The notes beneath the pieces were generated by a model. It was not told the DNA's origin. It saw only the letters and a list, made by a program, of their open reading frames with translations, and searched no databases. The position numbers and the translations under genes are program-made. Below, piece by piece: positions 17,125-25,422 of a stretch of DNA of 64,000 nucleotides (its first letter is position 1; every line of letters starts with the position of its first letter). The stretch is from a virus, in IMG/VR virus record IMGVR_UViG_3300045988_158809; one strand, 5' to 3'.

Positions 17125-17351
17125 TAAACAAAAGAATGAAATCCCTTCTGCTTCCCCTTATCCTGGGGATGGCCGCGTCGGGGAATCCGAAAGAAGTGTT
17201 TGCTTCTTCGTTCCCTCAGAAGCCGAAATACAACCCCGATTATAAGCCGGAACAATCCCATCGTGAGTTGAAAGAGTTTTGTATCAAAGGTAAGAAAGTG
17301 ATGGCCTATTCGCGCAAGGATGCGATAGTCCGGTTAAGACATAAGAAATAG
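17121..17351 (+). CDS. small secreted protein (signal-peptide-like N-terminus)
   Basis: MINKRMKSLLLPLILGMAASG... ATGA overlap with the previous gene. AAGGAG lies upstream. Confidence 0.5.
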   Translation: MINKRMKSLLLPLILGMAASGNPKEVFASSFPQKPKYNPDYKPEQSHRELKEFCIKGKKVMAYSRKDAIVRLRHKK

Positions 17352-17352
17352 A

Positions 17353-17610
17353 ATGATGGAATGGACTAATTTAAGACAGTTTTTTGCAGACACATTATCA
17401 GAAAATTTAATTGCCGCCATGCTTATACAGTGGGCCATAGTGGGACTTTTCTATTTGTTCTGCTACATCGATAAGGTGAAGCCTTCTACTATGTGGTCGC
17501 GCTACATTGTGTTAGGTGTTGCTTTAGTGATTACTTTTTTGTTTGCTGGTATTTGTTTTGGATATGCTTCTATAGATATTTATCATTTTGTAAGGAGCTG
17601 GATTTTTTAA
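17353..17610 (+). CDS. small membrane protein (2 predicted TM helices)
   Basis: Hydrophobic stretches IAAMLIQWAIVGLFYLFCYI and IVLGVALVITFLFAGICFGYA. Confidence 0.5.
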   Translation: MMEWTNLRQFFADTLSENLIAAMLIQWAIVGLFYLFCYIDKVKPSTMWSRYIVLGVALVITFLFAGICFGYASIDIYHFVRSWIF

Positions 17611-17622
17611 TGTAGATGATTC

Positions 17623-17868
17623 ATGAATAAGTTTTATTACCTACACATCGCTCCGATAATCTGCCGGATATTCGGCCATAAATGGGATGGGGAATGTTAT
17701 TCATTTCTTGACGCTTATGACATCGGCATACGGCGTTTCAATCGCGGAAGGAAAGGCGGAAAACGGCGTCCTCAGATATACCGTAAACGTAGTAAGCAAA
17801 CTTTTGAATATTGCAGCCGGTGTGGTGAAGTAATGACAAAAACAGAAAGGAGAAAACTACATAAATAA
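17623..17868 (+). CDS. small basic Cys-containing protein (zinc-ribbon-like)
   Basis: CRIFGHKW...CSRCGEVMTK with a basic stretch between the Cys pairs. Confidence 0.45.
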   Translation: MNKFYYLHIAPIICRIFGHKWDGECYSFLDAYDIGIRRFNRGRKGGKRRPQIYRKRSKQTFEYCSRCGEVMTKTERRKLHK

Positions 17869-18058
17869 TACCTATCCCTACACACCCGACAGCAAATAGT
17901 ATTGTCCGAAGTGGAACAGAAGGCAGGCTTCGACAAACGATAACGGCACCACCTCTCCGCGTAAATCTTGCTTGCGTCTGCAGTACGAGCTACAAGGATG
18001 AAACAGTAGTAGCGGAAAATTGGACGAGCGGGAAATGGGGATCTAAAAACTAAAGAAG

Positions 18059-18211
18059 ATGATTGAAGTTTTAGAATTTATATTTCAAGATTTTTGGCAT
18101 TGGATTGGGACGGTGATACTCCTTTGCTGTACTCCTGTTCCGTTTAGCCGAAATGGATTCGAATTTAATATAGGTAAAAAACAATCTAAAGACGAGGAGG
18201 AGAAGAAGTGA
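18059..18211 (+). CDS. small ORF (50 aa) below the track threshold
   Basis: ATG 18059 ... TGA 18209-18211, overlapping the GTG start (18208) of the next gene in a GTGA arrangement. One hydrophobic segment. Confidence 0.3.
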   Translation: MIEVLEFIFQDFWHWIGTVILLCCTPVPFSRNGFEFNIGKKQSKDEEEKK

Positions 18212-18606
18212 GCAAACAAGTATTAGATATAGAACAAATGAAGCACTTGCAGGAGCTTGGGTTAGATACAAGCAAAGCAAGTATGTGTTATGTGGTAGAC
18301 GACAGTAAAGCGTACAAGCCTATACTGTGTGTTTCTGGTAATGAAAGCGAGTATCTGGATGCGATTTCCTATTCCGTTCCTGCTTTTACGTTGCAGGATA
18401 TAATAGATTTTTTTCCTGTAAACATAGACGGATATGTTTTGAGCATAGGTAAAAAAGGTGTAGCGTATAACAGATATGAGGATTTAGAAACTAAAGTCGG
18501 GAAAGGAGACCGTGAATTGATAGACGCTGCTTATAAAATGCTTTGCTGGTGCATTGAAAACAAGCATATAGATAAAAGACATTTAAGCCATGAAACGAAA
18601 GTATAA
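18208..18606 (+). CDS. hypothetical protein; member 1 of a 3-member paralog family
   Basis: GTG start with GAGGAGG upstream. Shares LQELGLDTSKA.., VPAFTLQDIIDFFP and a C-terminal MLCWCIENKHIDKRHL block with 32107..32526 and 22593..23186. Confidence 0.55.
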   Translation: MSKQVLDIEQMKHLQELGLDTSKASMCYVVDDSKAYKPILCVSGNESEYLDAISYSVPAFTLQDIIDFFPVNIDGYVLSIGKKGVAYNRYEDLETKVGKGDRELIDAAYKMLCWCIENKHIDKRHLSHETKV

Positions 18607-18793
18607 ATACACCCTCATAGTGGAGTTGTTGGGATTCATCGGTTCATACATCATTTATGCCTGTTGCACCTGTAGACTTGATATTTGGAATTTACCGGAG
18701 AGTTTTTTTCGCATGTTCCTGGTTTCGACAATAGTCATGTGCCTGATTGGAGGGATACTGGTGAATTTAGTCGAAAATGAAATAGAAAAATAG
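18590..18793 (+). CDS. small membrane protein
   Basis: Two hydrophobic helices. Overlaps the upstream gene by 17 nt. Confidence 0.5.
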   Translation: MKRKYKYTLIVELLGFIGSYIIYACCTCRLDIWNLPESFFRMFLVSTIVMCLIGGILVNLVENEIEK

Positions 18794-18824
18794 TGATACA
18801 GATTAAATAGGAAAGGAGTTTAAA

Positions 18825-19301
18825 ATGAAGATAACGCCAAAATTTGAATACGTGACAGGAAGCTTTGATACTGATAATGTCAAGATGCTTTGCCTGGCAA
18901 ACGAGAACCATGGGAAAGTAGAATTATGTATAGAAGAAAATCCTAATGGATTTAATTTCCCGATATCAACTATAAAGCTACATAGCAGAGACCTTTATGT
19001 TGATTTCAAGGAAACGCTGGAAGATGCCAAATGTTTAGGAAAAGAAATAGCAAGAAGGTGGAATGAGTTTCCTTCTTGGCGTGACGTGTCGGACGAGAAA
19101 TATCCTATAGACAAGGAAGTATTTTGTAGAATGAAATCGAATGGAGCGATTGTAAGTGGATATATCTATAAAGACAATGGCAAATACAAGGTGGCTACGT
19201 CTCCCAATTTTCATTTTGAAGATTACGGCGATTACGAATGCGATTTATATATGTTGATACCGGGAATGCCGGATAATGATACGACCAAAGAGGAGGAATA
19301 A
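18825..19301 (+). CDS. hypothetical protein (possibly DUF551-like C-terminus)
   Basis: AAAGGAG lies upstream. The C-terminus W.DVSDEKYP...VFC resembles DUF551 weakly. Confidence 0.5.
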   Translation: MKITPKFEYVTGSFDTDNVKMLCLANENHGKVELCIEENPNGFNFPISTIKLHSRDLYVDFKETLEDAKCLGKEIARRWNEFPSWRDVSDEKYPIDKEVFCRMKSNGAIVSGYIYKDNGKYKVATSPNFHFEDYGDYECDLYMLIPGMPDNDTTKEEE

Positions 19302-19304
19302 ACC

Positions 19305-19607
19305 ATGACAGTACACAGAGTTGCAGCCAGTCTGCAAGGAATAAGGAAACATCTTTGGAAAAAGAATCTTCATAGGTTCTTTACGGTAAATGGCCGGTAT
19401 CTTACCGACGACGAAGTGCGCAAAGTAGTGGACTACGGAATATCAAAGGGATATGACACGAATAAGGAATTTACGGACGAAGAGATTATTAATTTATTAG
19501 GCTGGAAAAATGAGAAAACAGGATTATGTATCGATAGAAGTGGCAAAGTTGCTTCAGGAGAAAGGATTCAGGGAGCCGTGCAAGGGAACTTATTTGATGG
19601 AGTTTAA
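19305..19607 (+). CDS. hypothetical protein (100 aa)
   Basis: AGAGGAGGA lies upstream. The 3' end overlaps the next gene by 98 nt. Confidence 0.5.
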   Translation: MTVHRVAASLQGIRKHLWKKNLHRFFTVNGRYLTDDEVRKVVDYGISKGYDTNKEFTDEEIINLLGWKNEKTGLCIDRSGKVASGERIQGAVQGNLFDGV

Positions 19608-19926
19608 AGACAGATACGATTTGTTTGTTTATGACAGAAAGAAGACTTTTAAATATTTGTCCCGCATTCCTTCAAAGGGAATACAGTTGCAGTATCTTGC
19701 GCCTACAATCTATGAAGCACGAGATTGGATCATGAAGAAATATAATATCGTACTGCTTGTGGACTGGAATGAAACATTCTCTTCCAGGAATGGATATAGT
19801 CCTCTTCACTTCGGATTCAAGATATATAAGAAATTGGAAGTTAGAGGATACTATGAAACGATGGAGCAAGCTTTAGATGCAGGAATATTGTATGTATTGG
19901 AAAATGAAGATTTATGGGAAAATTGA
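19510..19926 (+). CDS. hypothetical conserved phage protein
   Basis: The pattern YVSIEVAKLLQEKGF...APTIYEARDWIMKKYNI... is one I recognise from many phage hypothetical proteins. Confidence 0.5.
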   Translation: MRKQDYVSIEVAKLLQEKGFREPCKGTYLMEFKDRYDLFVYDRKKTFKYLSRIPSKGIQLQYLAPTIYEARDWIMKKYNIVLLVDWNETFSSRNGYSPLHFGFKIYKKLEVRGYYETMEQALDAGILYVLENEDLWEN

Positions 19927-20132
19927 ATTTTAGAGGAAACGGAGATACTACAAAAAATATTGCAACAGTTTTTAATCAATTATGTGAAGATCTGGAAAAC
20001 TTAGGCGAAATGGATCAAAGTTATTGGGCTTTACATCTTCGAGGTAATAAAGCCACACTAAGAAGCCGTGCTAAACAGATAGTTATGAGGGCGAAATTGT
20101 TGCAGGAAGCGATAAATAGTTATACAGCCTAA
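19914..20132 (+). CDS. hypothetical protein (72 aa)
   Basis: ORF on the track. Confidence 0.45.
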   Translation: MGKLNFRGNGDTTKNIATVFNQLCEDLENLGEMDQSYWALHLRGNKATLRSRAKQIVMRAKLLQEAINSYTA

Positions 20133-20143
20133 ACAAACATACT

Positions 20144-20352
20144 ATGTTTAACGGAGAATTTAAAATCGGTGAGGTATTTCAGTGCGGACTTCTCAAACTG
20201 AAAGTAGTAGAAGCATCAAATCCCCTTCATGTACTGGATGCGACCTTGACGTTTTTGCTGATTGTTATGGCCATTTGTACAGTCTTGTGGGATTGTGCCG
20301 GGAAAGAAAAGATAATAAGAATGTCATCTTTAAAATTGTGGATGGAATATGA
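20144..20352 (+). pseudogene. small Cys-rich protein gene with an apparent frameshift near 20216-20226
   Basis: Frame A gives MFNGEFKIGEVFQCGLLKLKVVEAS.. Frame B (open 20173-20352) gives ..SPSCTGCDLDVFADCYGHLYSLVGLCRERKDNKNVIFKIVDGI* and ends in an ATGA overlap with the next start (20349). One extra C in CCCC 20222-20225, or one extra A in AAA 20218-20220, joins the frames. Confidence 0.5.
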
Positions 20353-20549
20353 CAATAGAAGAATTTAGTAAAACCGGATTTCATGCAGGAATGAAGGTGA
20401 GATACAAGTGCGAAATAAGAGATTTGGTTTCTGTAGATTTTGAAGAAAATCTTATCGGGATTGAATCTGGAGAAATAGAATGTGAAGAGTGCGGACATGT
20501 TGAGACAGGCATTCAATGGGTAAGATGTGAAAACTGTGATTTGATTTAG
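20349..20549 (+). CDS. hypothetical protein (66 aa), Cys-containing
   Basis: ORF on the track. Contains CEECGH...CENC. Confidence 0.5.
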   Translation: MTIEEFSKTGFHAGMKVRYKCEIRDLVSVDFEENLIGIESGEIECEECGHVETGIQWVRCENCDLI

Positions 20550-20561
20550 GAGGACTGACAC

Positions 20562-20957
20562 ATGATACTACACAGATTTTGTTCCCAGGAAGAATTTGAC
20601 AGCTATAATCGTGGAGACCGGCTTGTAAACAATAAGGATCACAGCAAAACCCGCGGAAAGGCGACTACATCCGTCGGCTTTTGCTGGTTCACGGAAGACC
20701 CTGAGAAAGCCAAACACAGGCTGTCAGGAATTGTAGATTTCGATGTCTGCATTACGGTTGAAACAGATGCAAGCAATGTGAAGGAATCGAAAGGCCGTTA
20801 TTGTGTAAACGGAAAACGAGGTGTTTACCTTACCGAATATTGCTGTACTACATACGATAACACCCGGTTCCGACTCGTGGAAGCAACGGACAAATATAAA
20901 TCGTATGCTCCCAATTTCCGTGATTTGAAACGGATAATGCCGTGGATGTTTGTATAA
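20562..20957 (+). CDS. hypothetical protein (131 aa)
   Basis: TAGGAGGA lies upstream of the ATG. Confidence 0.55.
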   Translation: MILHRFCSQEEFDSYNRGDRLVNNKDHSKTRGKATTSVGFCWFTEDPEKAKHRLSGIVDFDVCITVETDASNVKESKGRYCVNGKRGVYLTEYCCTTYDNTRFRLVEATDKYKSYAPNFRDLKRIMPWMFV

Positions 20958-20982
20958 TATAAAAAACTAAGGAGAAAAGGAA

Positions 20983-21204
20983 ATGATACAGAAAGTAGAT
21001 ATGTACGCATGTGTATGCGACAGATGTAGCAAAACACATGTAAACGAGAATTTAGGATATGTAGCTTGGACAGATGGAAGTCGGGCTTTTGAAGATGCAG
21101 AAGAAGCCGGTTGGACTGAAATAGACGGAAAATATTACTGCCCTGATTGCTATGAATATGACGAAGAAACAGACGAGTATAAACCAAAATCAAAGGAAGA
21201 CTAA
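20983..21204 (+). CDS. small zinc-ribbon-like protein
   Basis: CVCDRC...YCPDCYEY. TAAGGAG lies upstream. Confidence 0.5.
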   Translation: MIQKVDMYACVCDRCSKTHVNENLGYVAWTDGSRAFEDAEEAGWTEIDGKYYCPDCYEYDEETDEYKPKSKED

Positions 21205-21208
21205 AAAA

Positions 21209-21475
21209 ATGACACCAGAAGAATATATAAAATCAAAAAGACGTGAAGATTACCCAGGAGGACAGCTTTGTTATACTGTATCAGAAGAAACCGCCTTGGA
21301 AGCTGTGAGAATGGCAAGGGAAGAAAAGGATAATTCAGCAATTCAAAATACAGGAATATTTGGTCAGCAAGGTTGGATATGTCCTAAGTGCGGAAGAGTT
21401 TATTCTCCGTTCACTTCAATGTGTAGTTTTTGTTCAAATGACAACATTTTTAAAACAACTTGCATGACTAAGTGA
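21209..21475 (+). CDS. small zinc-ribbon-like protein
   Basis: Taken from ORF 21152..21475. I prefer the ATG at 21209, after the previous stop. Contains CPKCGRVYSPFTSMCSFC. Confidence 0.5.
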   Translation: MTPEEYIKSKRREDYPGGQLCYTVSEETALEAVRMAREEKDNSAIQNTGIFGQQGWICPKCGRVYSPFTSMCSFCSNDNIFKTTCMTK

Positions 21476-21519
21476 TATTATTATTTACGAATTATTAAAA
21501 ACATTAAGGAGGACAAACA

Positions 21520-21765
21520 ATGATAACAACACAATTCATCTTAAACGTAATATGGGCTTTGCTCGGAATAGCAATATTCATCTACTCATTTATCGCCATA
21601 CGCGAACAGCGAAGAAAAACAAAGTTTGAATCCCTCATGCTTCACTTCCGCTACATCGAACAACTTACGAAGATGCGCGACATCTTCCGCAGCTACGGAA
21701 TGAACCAGGCAGCCGATAACCTCGACAACGACATCAAGAAACTTATAAATGACCTGAAGATATGA
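21520..21765 (+). CDS. small membrane-anchored protein
   Basis: N-terminal TM helix FILNVIWALLGIAIFIYSFIAI. TAAGGAGGA lies upstream. Confidence 0.5.
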   Translation: MITTQFILNVIWALLGIAIFIYSFIAIREQRRKTKFESLMLHFRYIEQLTKMRDIFRSYGMNQAADNLDNDIKKLINDLKI

Positions 21766-21787
21766 GTGTCGTAAAACTCTCCGAAAG

Positions 21788-22018
21788 ATGATAAAACTTT
21801 TTCGCGCAGACCAGCTTTTCCCGTCATCGTACGTGGTGGCGGTGAAAAGCCTGCATAAGACAGTATCCAAATGCCGCGAGCTGACCGGAAGCATCCTTCA
21901 GAAGCTTATCGATGATGGGTACATCCCGGAGGAGAAGAAAGAAGAAATGCTCTCCCTCTTCGACCGGGAAATGAACGAGTATTTACAGTTCAAGAAAATA
22001 GAAAAGAAACGTAAATGA
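21788..22018 (+). CDS. hypothetical protein (76 aa)
   Basis: ORF on the track. Confidence 0.45.
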   Translation: MIKLFRADQLFPSSYVVAVKSLHKTVSKCRELTGSILQKLIDDGYIPEEKKEEMLSLFDREMNEYLQFKKIEKKRK

Positions 22019-22028
22019 ATTTGAAGAT

Positions 22029-22574
22029 ATGAAAGAATTAAAAATGTATGGAGGTCAGAGCATAGGTGATGCCTACAGACTTATGAAAGATTATTCTCGC
22101 CGCACAGGTGAAGTTTGCTTTGTAAACTTTAATGATCAGATATTGTATTCTTATGATAGCTGGAATGCAATTTACATGAAGGTTACTCATAGGAACAGAC
22201 GTGCATTTGAAAAGATGATGCGTGACAGTCAGAGAAAGATTAAAGAATCATTCAGACGTTATTTGGCATCTTTGCCGAAGTGGAGAAGAGAATTGAAAAG
22301 CAAGGCCCGTGGCGTGATAGATGATAAATATCTTGATAAATGGGACGAGTGCGTGAATATCAGGACGAAGGATTTGTATCGCGGATTTGAATTAAAGTGT
22401 GTTCTGGAACTTATACAAGAGCTGAATCGGGATATTCCAAAGAACGAGAGATTTGAAAACTGTAAAGCGATAATGTTTCGTCAGGACCATACGGGAGGAA
22501 GTGCATATATGACTCTTTCTTGTTTACGTGCTTTCCATGATTTAGGAGAAGAAGCTTCCTTATATCTTCGTTGA
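22029..22574 (+). CDS. hypothetical protein (181 aa)
   Basis: ORF on the track. Confidence 0.55.
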   Translation: MKELKMYGGQSIGDAYRLMKDYSRRTGEVCFVNFNDQILYSYDSWNAIYMKVTHRNRRAFEKMMRDSQRKIKESFRRYLASLPKWRRELKSKARGVIDDKYLDKWDECVNIRTKDLYRGFELKCVLELIQELNRDIPKNERFENCKAIMFRQDHTGGSAYMTLSCLRAFHDLGEEASLYLR

Positions 22575-22592
22575 ACTTAAAAGGATACCTTC

Positions 22593-23186
22593 ATGAGTAA
22601 AAAGAATATTTGGTGCCGGATATTAGGTCACAGATACCAGATGGCGCTCGGTGGATATAGATGTGCAAGGTGTGGACATTTCAGGGAAGGGGCATGGGCT
22701 AAGATACCACCTCCACCCAAACCTCCGAAGCCAGTTGAAAAAAGAACAGATTATGAAGAGCTTTGGAAAAACTCAAGAAGCGTCACGGATATTTTTCAAT
22801 CCATGCGCCTGGCATTGTGGGGGATGTCCACTGACACATGCGATGTGATGTATGTCGGCGGGAAATACATCATTCTCGACGAGCCCCCCTCTCTGCTTCC
22901 CGAACAGGAGAAAGTCGCGCAGCTCCGATGGTCACTGGCCCGACTCATTGCGCTCGTTCCGAAATGTATCATTACGCCGCGAGGAACATTTAATGACTAT
23001 CTGTTCCACATTAGTGGAGATTTTATAGTTTATTCCCATGAGGAGAATGGAGAACACATAAGTAATCTGATATTTGTCCGGTGCAATGGAGATTATGTAA
23101 GTGGGATGATAAGTATCATAATCTGGCTTATTCAGAAAGGATTTATTGACAAAAAATATTTACGTGAAGATGCAGAAATAAAGTAA
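22593..23186 (+). CDS. hypothetical protein; zinc-ribbon N-terminus plus paralog-family C-terminus
   Basis: CRILGHRY..CARCGH, then PPPPKPPKP, then RWSLARLIALVP ... IIIWLIQKGFIDKKYL as in 18208.. and 32107.. Confidence 0.55.
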   Translation: MSKKNIWCRILGHRYQMALGGYRCARCGHFREGAWAKIPPPPKPPKPVEKRTDYEELWKNSRSVTDIFQSMRLALWGMSTDTCDVMYVGGKYIILDEPPSLLPEQEKVAQLRWSLARLIALVPKCIITPRGTFNDYLFHISGDFIVYSHEENGEHISNLIFVRCNGDYVSGMISIIIWLIQKGFIDKKYLREDAEIK

Positions 23187-23210
23187 AATTTTGTTTTCCA
23201 TGACTTGTTT

Positions 23211-23256
23211 CAGCACAGCCGAGAGCATTCTATGTTCTCGGCTGTGCTGATTTTTT
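23211..23256 (+). terminator. Strong intrinsic terminator ending the 10.9-23.2 kb unit
   Basis: CAGCACAGCCGAGA / TCTCGGCTGTGCTG 14-bp stem followed by T6. Confidence 0.85.
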
Positions 23257-23286
23257 ATGCAGTTATCATCCGTTTTTACGCTCAAA

Positions 23287-23425
23287 GTGGTAAAGAATCT
23301 TTGTAAAAATCTTAAATTTTACTATAATCATTCTATCCCATGCTCAAAAACATAAGAATCTTTACAATATAGCGGTAAATTATAGATAACTTTGCCAAAA
23401 AATTAAAGAATCTATCCCATAATGG
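23287..23425. promoter_or_regulatory. Cluster of AAAGAATCT-type operator-like sites plus a -7 box
   Basis: GGTAAAGAATCTTTG (23289-23303), TTCTATCCCAT (23331-23341), TAAGAATCTTTAC (23353-23365), TAacTTTG (23387-23394) and TAAAGAATCTATCCCATAATGG (23404-23425). Confidence 0.6.
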
Positions 23426-23468
23426 TAAAGAAAAGAAATCATTTTGAGCAAAAGAACAGATAGAATTT

Positions 23469-23900
23469 ATGACGGAAGATAAAACAGAATATACAGGGAC
23501 TTTCGTTGGTCTTACTGCTAAGATATATGTGGCAAAGGAAGATGGCGAGCTGGTGGAGATTAATACACAGAAAAATCCGATAGCCTTGTCGCCTTATGAT
23601 GAAACGGATAAAGTGGGTCCGACTACTTCCGATAGCGATAGGATTGTCGATGAAGGATGCCGTTCACTAAAAGAGTATTCAATCACGTGCAGCGTTCGCT
23701 GTACGGAGATCAGGAAGCTTATGAAAATTCTGGGGATAAGTCGCGGAGGGAAACATAAAGTTCTGTCCAGTGCTCCGTATTACCGCCGTTTTGAAGGAGA
23801 CTTTTTCCGCGTGATGAAATCCGTCGGCCGTCAGCATACAAAATTCAATAGGAATGTCCGTCCGAAAGGTACGCATTCTCACTTCAGGTTTTACAGATAG
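23469..23900 (+). CDS. hypothetical protein (143 aa)
   Basis: ORF on the track. Confidence 0.5.
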   Translation: MTEDKTEYTGTFVGLTAKIYVAKEDGELVEINTQKNPIALSPYDETDKVGPTTSDSDRIVDEGCRSLKEYSITCSVRCTEIRKLMKILGISRGGKHKVLSSAPYYRRFEGDFFRVMKSVGRQHTKFNRNVRPKGTHSHFRFYR

Positions 23901-23910
23901 CACTAATTAT

Positions 23911-24096
23911 ATGGGAAAAGTCAAGAATAAATGTGTTGAATGTGAATTATATTATCGTTTGCGTGTAAATAATCCATATCATAAAACAGCATATTGTGAA
24001 GTCGGTTCAAAATCCGTTAATATGATATCTGATAAATCTATTGCTTGTGAGAATTTTAAGATGAGAAAATCGTTAGAAAGTCGTCTGAAAGAATAA
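23911..24096 (+). CDS. small Cys-containing protein
   Basis: Taken from ORF 23854..24096. I prefer the ATG at 23911. Contains CVECE...YCE...IACENF. Confidence 0.4.
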   Translation: MGKVKNKCVECELYYRLRVNNPYHKTAYCEVGSKSVNMISDKSIACENFKMRKSLESRLKE

Positions 24097-24108
24097 AATC
24101 ATGAAAGT

Positions 24109-24381
24109 ATGAAAAAGAAATCAGATAAAAAAGAAAATGCACAATCGCTGAAGATGAAGATAGATAAGATTGCGCTGGAATACGGTTTCTATAAAGAGTC
24201 GAGCAATGCAGCAAATCTTTCGTCGAATTATCGTGACCCGGTGCTTCCGTTGCTAATTATATTCTATGCTACGACATGTACCATCGGGATAAGTTACTGT
24301 AAGCAACCTTTCAAATGGCATAAAGAATTAAAGGAGGAAAAGATAAAAGATGTGTTTGCTAATCCTTTGAATTATGTTTGA
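24109..24381 (+). CDS. hypothetical protein (90 aa)
   Basis: ORF on the track. Confidence 0.45.
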   Translation: MKKKSDKKENAQSLKMKIDKIALEYGFYKESSNAANLSSNYRDPVLPLLIIFYATTCTIGISYCKQPFKWHKELKEEKIKDVFANPLNYV

Positions 24382-24414
24382 TATAATCCTAATTATGTTT
24401 AATCAGCTTTGAAA

Positions 24415-24921
24415 ATGGATAATTCTAAAGTAAAACAGCGAAAGAAAGTATGTACCAAATGCGGCAGGAAGTTATGGCTTCGTGACTTTTACCGGCGCAT
24501 TGACGGAACGCTTGCTTCTGAATGCAAGGATTGTTACAGGGCGTACAAGCGTGAATATTACCGGCAGAACTTGAAGGTGGAAGACGGCACTTTCTATCAT
24601 AAATCGTATGGCAGGATAATGGTACACAATGGACTTTCCACACGCATATTTTGGTCTCCTTCAATGATAAGCTACCTGCAAAAGCATTTCCCTACAACAA
24701 AGAATAAGGAACTGGCAGAAGAATTAGGAGTTTCTCCACGCACCATGATACGCAAGGCCCGTGAGATGGGTTTACAGAAAAACCCGCAATGGATTCAAGG
24801 TGTATGGGACGAACACAGGTTAATGGCACAGGCAGAGAACAAGCGAAAAGGTTATCCCGGAGCATTCAAACCTGGAAATGAGATAGGAAAAGAATACAGG
24901 TTTAAGAAAAAAGTCGTATAG
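24415..24921 (+). CDS. zinc-ribbon plus HTH protein (tandem paralog 1)
   Basis: CTKCGRKLW..ECKDCYRAY, then FPTTKNKELAEELGVSPRTMIRKAREMGLQKN. Alignable with the next gene. Confidence 0.55.
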   Translation: MDNSKVKQRKKVCTKCGRKLWLRDFYRRIDGTLASECKDCYRAYKREYYRQNLKVEDGTFYHKSYGRIMVHNGLSTRIFWSPSMISYLQKHFPTTKNKELAEELGVSPRTMIRKAREMGLQKNPQWIQGVWDEHRLMAQAENKRKGYPGAFKPGNEIGKEYRFKKKVV

Positions 24922-24924
24922 AAT

Positions 24925-25422
24925 ATGAATTTAACCAGACCTTACAAGACCTGCCGCGTATGCGGATGCACCAAGCCGAAAGAGGATTTCGTGGAAGGAA
25001 GGAAAGTATGTCTCTCTTGCTTCTCCGAATACAATAAGCAGCTCTACAGAAAAAGACATGCAGACCGTTCGGATGGAGTAAGATACAGCAAGGAATCCCG
25101 ACAGATAGTGGAATACCGTAACGGGCTACAGCGGAAATACTGGAATCCGCAGATGATAGCCGATTTCAGGAAATTGTTTCCCGTCACTACGAATGAAGAG
25201 CTTGCTTCTTTGTTCTGTGTGTCGAAAAGAACAATCAACCGTAAGGCTACGGAACTGGGGTTGAGAAAAGATGCGGAGTGGATGCGGAAGATGAGTCGTC
25301 ACAACCTGTTTTTCGCATCGGTGAAGAATCGCTTAAACGGTTATTCACAACTGGTAAAGGCCCGTAAGGCACTGGAAATAAAGTATAACAATCCGAATTT
25401 TACAAGAATAGACAGAGTATGA
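24925..25422 (+). CDS. zinc-ribbon plus HTH protein (tandem paralog 2)
   Basis: CRVCGC..CLSCFSEY, then FPVTTNEELASLFCVSKRTINRKATELGLRKD. Confidence 0.55.
   Translation: MNLTRPYKTCRVCGCTKPKEDFVEGRKVCLSCFSEYNKQLYRKRHADRSDGVRYSKESRQIVEYRNGLQRKYWNPQMIADFRKLFPVTTNEELASLFCVSKRTINRKATELGLRKDAEWMRKMSRHNLFFASVKNRLNGYSQLVKARKALEIKYNNPNFTRIDRV

Noticed and set aside
17870-18058. GC-richer gap of about 190 nt without an ORF, considered as an ncRNA or tRNA-like gene.
   Set aside because: I could not find a cloverleaf, a T-loop consensus or a convincing stable hairpin. Only a 5-bp CGAAG/CTTCG stem is present.
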